Positions 57,925 through 64,000 of a stretch of 64,000 nt of DNA are shown here, piece by piece. The stretch lies in the NCBI GenBank assembly GCA_963727895.1, contig CAVSHT010000003.1:160001-224000 (forward strand), written 5' to 3'. The DNA comes from an uncultured Methanosarcinaceae archaeon (GTDB lineage Archaea > Halobacteriota > Methanosarcinia > Methanosarcinales > Methanosarcinaceae). Made by a program: the position numbers and the translations under genes. Within the stretch, counting starts at the first letter, position 1; the number at the start of each line of letters is the position of its first letter. The notes below the pieces were generated by a model. The model was not told where the DNA came from. It searched no databases and saw only the letters and a program-made list of their open reading frames with translations.

Positions 57925-59358
57925 TCATTCAAGCATGAATATTTTAAGCATGTTTGTGCCTCCAGGTTTTCCTGATGAGGGACCCTGAGTGAACACAACA
58001 ATATCTCCACTTTTTACAAATCCAAGTTCTTTGGCTTTTTCTGTAGTCTCTTTTTTCCAGCTTTCAATTGTTTCTGTTACAACAATAGGATAAACACCAT
58101 AGGATAAAGAGAGGAAACTGCAGGTTTTTTGGACGCGGCTGAATGCAAGAATCCAAGTGTCAGACTTGAAGCGTGAAATCCTGCGCGGTGTTGCTCCACT
58201 TCTTGTGGGGGTCATTACAGCTGCAACAGGTAATTTTTGCAGGGCTTCATGCACCTGAAGGGCAATAACCTCATCCACTGACATTTCCCTTACTGTTATA
58301 CCCTTGACCATTGTATCAAGACCCCATTTTGTCCGGGAACGCCAGTCTTCTGTAGTTTTTGCAATTTTTGCCATCATTTCAACGGTTTCTACAGGATAAT
58401 TGCCAACTGCTGTTTCTTCCGAAAGCATGACAGCATCCGTACCGTCAAGAATCGCATTGGCAACATCAGTTGCCTCTGCGCGAGTAGGCCTTATGTTATC
58501 AGTCATTGAAGCCAGCATTTGAGTGGCTGTAATTACTGGAATTCCAAGAAGTTTTGCACTCTGGATAAGTTCTTTTTGGACTGAGGGGATTTCCTGGATC
58601 GGGATTTCTACACCAAGGTCTCCTCTTGCAACCATAAGTGCATCGGTTTCTTTTAATATTTCCTGAATATTCTCTACAGACTCTCTGCGTTCTATTTTAG
58701 CAACAATGTATACAGATTTTCCTCTGTCTGCAGCAAAATTCCGAACCTTGCGAATATCTTTTGCACTTTCTATAAAAGAAATGCTGAATGTATCAATTTC
58801 CTCACTCAGAGCAAACTCTAATATCTTAAAGTCTTTTTCCGTTACAGGATCAAGGAAAATTTTTGCTCCTGGGAGATTTAATCCTTTATGAGAATAAAGT
58901 TGCCCTCCAATGAGAATTTCACAAAGTACATCTTTTCCAGAAATTTCTAGGCAGCGAAGCTGGATAAATCCGTCACTTAAGTAAATAAGGCTTCCTGGAG
59001 ATACGCTTTCTGGAAGCTGTTTGTAACTTACAGGAATGCGTTTTTCATCTCCTGCAAATTCATCAACAGTAAGGACAACAGTATTTCCTTTTTGAAGCCT
59101 AATTGGTTCTTTTTCCAGTTTGCCTATACGGATCTTCGGGCCTGGGAGGTCGGCAAGAATTGCAACCGTCCTTTCAAGATCTGCTGCAACCTTGCGAACT
59201 CTCCGGATTACTTCTCTATGGCTTTCGAAATTTCCGTGGGAAAAATTGATCCTTGCAACATTCATGCCAGCAAGCACAAGTTCCCTGATAACTTCTTCGG
59301 AAGAGGAAGCTGGGCCTATGGTGCAGACGATCTTTGTTTTATGGTCCGGAATTTGCAT
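57925..59358 (-). CDS. pyk: Pyruvate kinase
   Basis: KTKIVCTIGP, ARINFSHG, MVARGDLGVE, ATQML. Confidence 0.97.
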   Translation of the reverse strand: MQIPDHKTKIVCTIGPASSSEEVIRELVLAGMNVARINFSHGNFESHREVIRRVRKVAADLERTVAILADLPGPKIRIGKLEKEPIRLQKGNTVVLTVDEFAGDEKRIPVSYKQLPESVSPGSLIYLSDGFIQLRCLEISGKDVLCEILIGGQLYSHKGLNLPGAKIFLDPVTEKDFKILEFALSEEIDTFSISFIESAKDIRKVRNFAADRGKSVYIVAKIERRESVENIQEILKETDALMVARGDLGVEIPIQEIPSVQKELIQSAKLLGIPVITATQMLASMTDNIRPTRAEATDVANAILDGTDAVMLSEETAVGNYPVETVEMMAKIAKTTEDWRSRTKWGLDTMVKGITVREMSVDEVIALQVHEALQKLPVAAVMTPTRSGATPRRISRFKSDTWILAFSRVQKTCSFLSLSYGVYPIVVTETIESWKKETTEKAKELGFVKSGDIVVFTQGPSSGKPGGTNMLKIFMLE

Positions 59359-59434
59359 GTTTACACGGCCTTTGTGTTCAACCTCTAGTTAGGGTTGATT
59401 TATAATTTATTTTATTTTATTTTATTTTTATAAC

Positions 59435-59566
59435 GAGCCTATCCCAAAACTTAGAGTTATGTCACCGTATCTGGAATTTGAAATAATCAATAAACCTTGT
59501 GATGCGGAAAATGGTTTTGAAATTATTGTTGATGTCTGAATAAAAACTACTTCTTGGGATGAGCTC
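59435..59566. mobile_element. MITE (132 bp) with 3-bp TSD AAC
   Basis: TIRs GAGCCTATCCCAA / TTGGGATGAGCTC; AAC on both flanks. Confidence 0.7.
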
Positions 59567-59592
59567 AACTATAATACGATCTGCAATGTTTT

Positions 59593-60521
59593 TTATTTAC
59601 CATTGTATATCTTAAGGGCATCTTCGACACTTGCAGTCTTCAACAGTTATTGCATAGACAGCATTGCACATGCGGACAGCCTCATCCAGAGGTTTCTGGT
59701 GAATATTTCTTCCTGTTGCATTTCCCTGTGCTCCGGAAATATGGATCTGGTCATAGAGTTTTTTCAGGAAAGCTTCGGCTTCGTCGCTCGTACCGCCTGC
59801 GCAAACTACTCTTGGTACGCCCTGCGGCTTTGATGGCTTCCTTGAATATCTCGGCAGACTTTGCTCCTTCTTTTTTCGGGTAATTGACCTTTACAAAGTC
59901 CGTGCCAAGGCAGGCTCCGACTCCTGTTGCTCCTGCAATAAGGTGCGGATCTTTTTCGTCTTTTACTGCAGTTCACCGCGCGGGTAAATCCAGAGCACGG
60001 ACAACATGCCATGTTGGTGAGCATCGTAAATTACTTGAGCAGCCTGAACAAGCATTTCGGCTTCAAATTCGCTGCCAAGGTATATTGTATATCCTACTCC
60101 AAGAATTTTAAGCCCACTGTTTTCCTTAAATTCAACGACCTGATCAACGTCATACCAGAGGTTGCTGAAATGGATCAGCCTGCGCGGTCTCAACAAGATT
60201 GGTTTTGGAGTTTACCTTTACAAGATATGGCACGTCTCTGTAGTCCATGCCGTAGCGGGAAATAAGCCCAAGCTGGGTTGCAAAAACTCCGATTTTTGCC
60301 TGGGATGCTATCCTGAAAAGGTGTTCGGGGTCAGCATCGTCCTCAGGCACTCCTTCTCCGTAAAAATCATCATTAAGATGCTCTACTTTCTGGTCGCCTG
60401 CAAAAAGCATTAGCCTGCCGGTTCCCCTGGTCATTTCCATATAATTATTCACATACGTTTCACGCATTGCTTTCGGGACATCTAGAGGTACAATTACGTC
60501 CTCTTTATTAATTGAAACCAT
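59593..60521 (-). CDS. Class I (DhnA-type) fructose-bisphosphate aldolase, several frameshifts
   Basis: FAGDQKVEH, LVKVNSKT, WIYPRG, DFVKVNYP, GNATGRNIHQ spread over frames; adjacent to pyk. Confidence 0.85.
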
Positions 60522-60938
60522 TGTATAAACCTCAGTTTTATTCGATGGCAATTAGTTGGATGGTAGTAATACTGTGAAACTGTATTTTTTATTATCTATA
60601 ATTCTTCTTACTACCTTATCCGTTTTTGGACATTTATAATTTCTTTCACTAAATATTGGTAGATTTATTCAGGAATCGAATTTGTTATTTGTTAATATTC
60701 TCCTGAAATCTTCTGACTCCCTACATGTGATTTATAAAAACTATTCGACTAAAAACTGGTATGTTCCGAAAATTTAAAAATTTAATCAATAGGCAGGTTC
60801 AGACAAAATAGACTATTAAAACAAGTTCAAGGTAATAATAAGATTGTAAAATTTCTTTCTCAACGGAAATGAAATTCAAAAATAGCCAAGAATGTCTATG
60901 TAATCAAGTGAGAATATATAATAAAAGTAAGGAATTTA

Positions 60939-61011
60939 CGCCGCTTGCAGGGCTCGAACCTACGACATTCTGGTTAACAGCCAGACACTCTACCAACTGA
61001 GTTAAAGCGGC
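60939..61011 (-). tRNA. tRNA-Asn(GTT)
   Basis: Cloverleaf GCCGCTT...CTGGCTGTTAACCAG...GGTTCGAGCCC...AAGCGGCG. Confidence 0.95.
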
Positions 61012-61083
61012 TTTCTGATACGGAGAGCTATCATTTTTCACCCTCACATCTTCTTATAAAAAAATCTTTATTTATATAGTTTA

Positions 61084-61158
61084 TGGGCCTGACCGGATTT
61101 GAACCGGTGACCGCTCGGTTATGAGCCGAGCGCTCTAACCTGACTGAGCTACAGGCCC
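61084..61158 (-). tRNA. tRNA with CAT anticodon, probably tRNA-Ile2
   Basis: GGGCCTG acceptor stem; CTCGG-CTCATAA-CCGAG anticodon arm; Ile-like acceptor. Confidence 0.85.
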
Positions 61159-61273
61159 TTATTGGTTTTTATGCTATATTGTAGTTTAATAACTTGTATT
61201 ATAGCTTTATCAATTTTTGCATATGCTTTCCTATTCTACAATAATAGAATAAGATATGATTAAAATAAATTTA

Positions 61274-61346
61274 CGCCGCTTGCAGGGCTCGAACCTACGA
61301 CATTCTGGTTAACAGCCAGACACTCTACCAACTGAGTTAAAGCGGC
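61274..61346 (-). tRNA. tRNA-Asn(GTT), identical second copy
   Basis: Identical to 60939-61011. Confidence 0.95.
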
Positions 61347-61934
61347 TCATGTTCTTGGATGTGCTTTTTTTGTCCACCCTATCGCGAACACTCCTAAAGC
61401 GATAATTATATTTATATGTGTCGCTCAACTCGATGACTTTAAACTGAAGCAAACGATCAAATATCTGTTTAGTGTTTGAAGCTGTTAGTATTTCTACAAA
61501 CAATCTTAATTATTATTTCTGGTCTCTTTACATTAATTAAAATACTTCTTCCCTCTATAAGGAATCCTCTTACCTCATTATCTTATAAAACTTTATCTAT
61601 TTTTACCCAAAATTTATATCCTTTTAGAAATAATATACTTTATTAGCTTATTGTAGCATTATGCAGAGAGGTCGGACATGTCTGATTTTAAGCAGTATGC
61701 TCGTTCAGCTATATGCTTTTATCTGAGGCTATGTCCAGGGAATTAATTTGTTCAGATAAGGGTCAAAAACGGCCTTTAAAGAATATAACTTCAAGGTTTA
61801 AAGTCAGTTGTTTATTCATGCAGATGAGTATCCTTAAGGTTCTTTGTGTATCATTAGGATATTTTTTTGGTTTCCAGAACTTTTGACGCTTGAATCTTGT
61901 AGTTTTAAAAATAGAAATTCAAGGGGGTTTATTT

Positions 61935-62075
61935 ACGAACCGGCTAAAAATATGTCCAAAATGCCATGCCAAACTTAAAGAAAGCTTTGATGGAGAGACT
62001 CAGTACTGTAGTGTTTGCAAGTACTGGACAAAAGTGGGTACTGCAAGGCTTGATTCTATCATGATCTATGAATGA
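61935..62075 (+). CDS. Small zinc-ribbon protein
   Basis: CPKC...CSVC; start uncertain (ACG after a GGGGGT RBS, or TTG at 61890). Confidence 0.55.
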   Translation, partial: TNRLKICPKCHAKLKESFDGETQYCSVCKYWTKVGTARLDSIMIYE

Positions 62076-62084
62076 GGGCCCTAC

Positions 62085-62306
62085 ATGAGGAATCCAAGTG
62101 TTTCAATATTTTGCAGTTTATGTCATACGAAATTAAAACGCCAGGTACTAGGTCCTAATGTTTTCTATTACTGCCGGAACTGTGGATGTGTAATTTCGGA
62201 GACCTATTTAAGGGAAACAAATATTTTTAATTCCCAAAAATTGACATCTATAAAGGGAGAATCTCCATATTTATGCTTTGAGAAGGCTCTCGAGTCCTAT
62301 AATTGA
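62085..62306 (+). CDS. Small zinc-ribbon protein
   Basis: CSLC...CRNC; GAGGG RBS. Confidence 0.6.
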   Translation: MRNPSVSIFCSLCHTKLKRQVLGPNVFYYCRNCGCVISETYLRETNIFNSQKLTSIKGESPYLCFEKALESYN

Positions 62307-62681
62307 TATTTAACATGGAAAAAAGGAGTCAAACAGTAGAAAATTTAGGAAAATTTAATTTTTAATTTATTTTTTTAAAGAGCAACAATAATTCAGTCTT
62401 TTATTTTTTTGAATTTTGTTTATTTGTTCTATTTTACTATCTAATTTTATTATTCTAGTTTCCTTATTATATTTATTCTTTTTATGTCGGAAAACAATGT
62501 CCAGTTTTGTGGATTCAAAATCCAATTTAATCCATATAATTTCTTCAGACTAAACAAGAGTTCTGCTAAACATTAATTAAAAGAGTACTTATTTGAAAAA
62601 AGAAAGGTAAAATTAGTTTGTTTCATTAAACAATATAATGCTTTATAAGATTCCTGTAAAATCAGTCCGAAAGTGGCTTTT

Positions 62682-63731
62682 TCAATGCCCTGCCTTGATC
62701 TCTTTACACACGTTTTCTACTTCTGCTCTGAAACCATCCTGAGTAATTCCATAAAGACCTGCAAGATACATGGCACCACCAGCACCTGCACCTTCTTTGA
62801 TCGTTCCGGTTTCATATCTGTGAAGCCCTTTAAGCTCTGACTTTCCAAATCCAGGGTCTGCTACATAGACAGTGGATATCCCAAGGGTTTTGACAAGTTC
62901 GGTAAAGTTTGCAGACTTATCTTCCACAACATACCTGGTGGTGGCAATTGATATATTTTCCGTACTTAAACCCAGGTGTTTAATTACAGCATATACTGCT
63001 GCCATCTGAGTCCCTCCAGCAAGCACTACACTGACATCGGTGCCCTGGAAACCTGCAACAAGACCTACAACAGCAGGCATCATTGGATCCCCCATGCAGG
63101 CAATAGCTTTCATAGGATCATCTTTCAGACAACCAATGGTCAGGCCTGATGCTTTCAAGCCTTCTTCAATAACCTGTTTTTTCAGTTCAAGAGGATTTTC
63201 TTCGGCACTACTGCTAACGTTTCCATTATATCCCAGCGTCATTAAAACTCCCATTGCAGTTGTTGTACCGCCAGGAGTACTTTCTCCGATAACTACCTGG
63301 TCTATGTGATTTCCAAGTCTTTTAGCCAGGAATTTTGCTCTTTCGTAAATTCCCTGTACGTCACTGACTGCAACCGGTTCCCTGATGTCCTCTCCGGGTT
63401 TTGCTTTAAGGTCGATGCAAGGGACTTCAGGAGTTACAATGAGGCCGGAGTTGATGAATTGATATGGAGCACCTGTAAGTTTCAGTGCTGCACGGGTCAT
63501 GATTGCAGGAGTAGGAGTATCATAAGGAGGAGTCATGGGAAGAATTGGTACACTAATAATATTTCCTGTTTCCATAAGTTCCGCGTCACCGGCAGGTGTA
63601 TAGTCTGTAAGCTCCGGCGTTTTTCCTGCGGCTGAAAGATTCGGAATATGTGCGGTTTTAGTATTGGAAAGTACACACAAAAACATTGGTTTTTTGGGTT
63701 TTGTTATTACTTTCGGTTCGATCCAGGCCAT
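62682..63731 (-). CDS. cobT: Archaeal nicotinate-nucleotide:DMB phosphoribosyltransferase
   Basis: [31 protein letters not shown]. Confidence 0.9.
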   Translation of the reverse strand: MAWIEPKVITKPKKPMFLCVLSNTKTAHIPNLSAAGKTPELTDYTPAGDAELMETGNIISVPILPMTPPYDTPTPAIMTRAALKLTGAPYQFINSGLIVTPEVPCIDLKAKPGEDIREPVAVSDVQGIYERAKFLAKRLGNHIDQVVIGESTPGGTTTAMGVLMTLGYNGNVSSSAEENPLELKKQVIEEGLKASGLTIGCLKDDPMKAIACMGDPMMPAVVGLVAGFQGTDVSVVLAGGTQMAAVYAVIKHLGLSTENISIATTRYVVEDKSANFTELVKTLGISTVYVADPGFGKSELKGLHRYETGTIKEGAGAGGAMYLAGLYGITQDGFRAEVENVCKEIKAGH

Positions 63732-63816
63732 ATAATATCTCCTTTATGAATAGAATCAACTTATCTGCAAGCATTTGGTCGCAATCTTTATGACAAAAAT
63801 CAGGTCACACTTATTG

Positions 63817-63930
63817 CGTCGTTTGATCACGCCAAATAGGGTTTGGGATTAGGCTATCAAATCCAAACGTTGCCAGGGTTTTCGATCAAACCTTTTCTCA
63901 AAAGGTTGCTGTCAAGTCTTCTTTAAAAGG
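63817..63930. repeat. Second copy of the palindromic intergenic repeat family
   Basis: GTCGTTTGATCACGCC and GTTTTCGATCAAACCTTTTCTCAAAAGGTTG match 1857-1912. Confidence 0.7.
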
Positions 63931-64000
63931 TGTTGATTCTTTTTCAAATCTAATGTGAGTTCTTCAACTTACTATTTAATATTTATCAATCGACAAATAT

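Noticed and set aside
60600..61640. Provirus or integrative element at the tRNA cluster
   Set aside because: No integrase; both tRNA-Asn copies are full length and only 335 bp apart

Overview
Archaeal chromosome segment, very likely Methanosarcina. This is inferred from the ech hydrogenase operon, the nifH-I1-I2-D-K-E-N cluster, glnK-amtB, archaeal cobT, a PKD surface protein and an Asn/Ile2/Asn tRNA cluster. Housekeeping genes are interleaved with six IS1-family copies (two with intact 8-bp target duplications), MITEs and short repeats. There are two accessory or defence regions. (i) At 4.3-13.1 kb is a decayed, rearranged type I R-M locus carrying a PHP-domain/ABC-ATPase (Ppl/TrlF-like) gene. 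(ii) At about 17.5-21.9 kb is an AT-rich island with a DUF3467-like/BECR-fold RNase-like/DUF2283 triplet and a YwgA-like + SAMHD1-type HD triphosphohydrolase pair; this island is the best candidate for an undescribed system. Many metabolic genes (nifH, I1, D, E, N, echA, both amtB, fba) are frameshifted, almost always by single-base insertions and without independent nonsense codons. That pattern looks more like long-read assembly error than real decay. All family calls are from motif recognition by eye; no searches were run.
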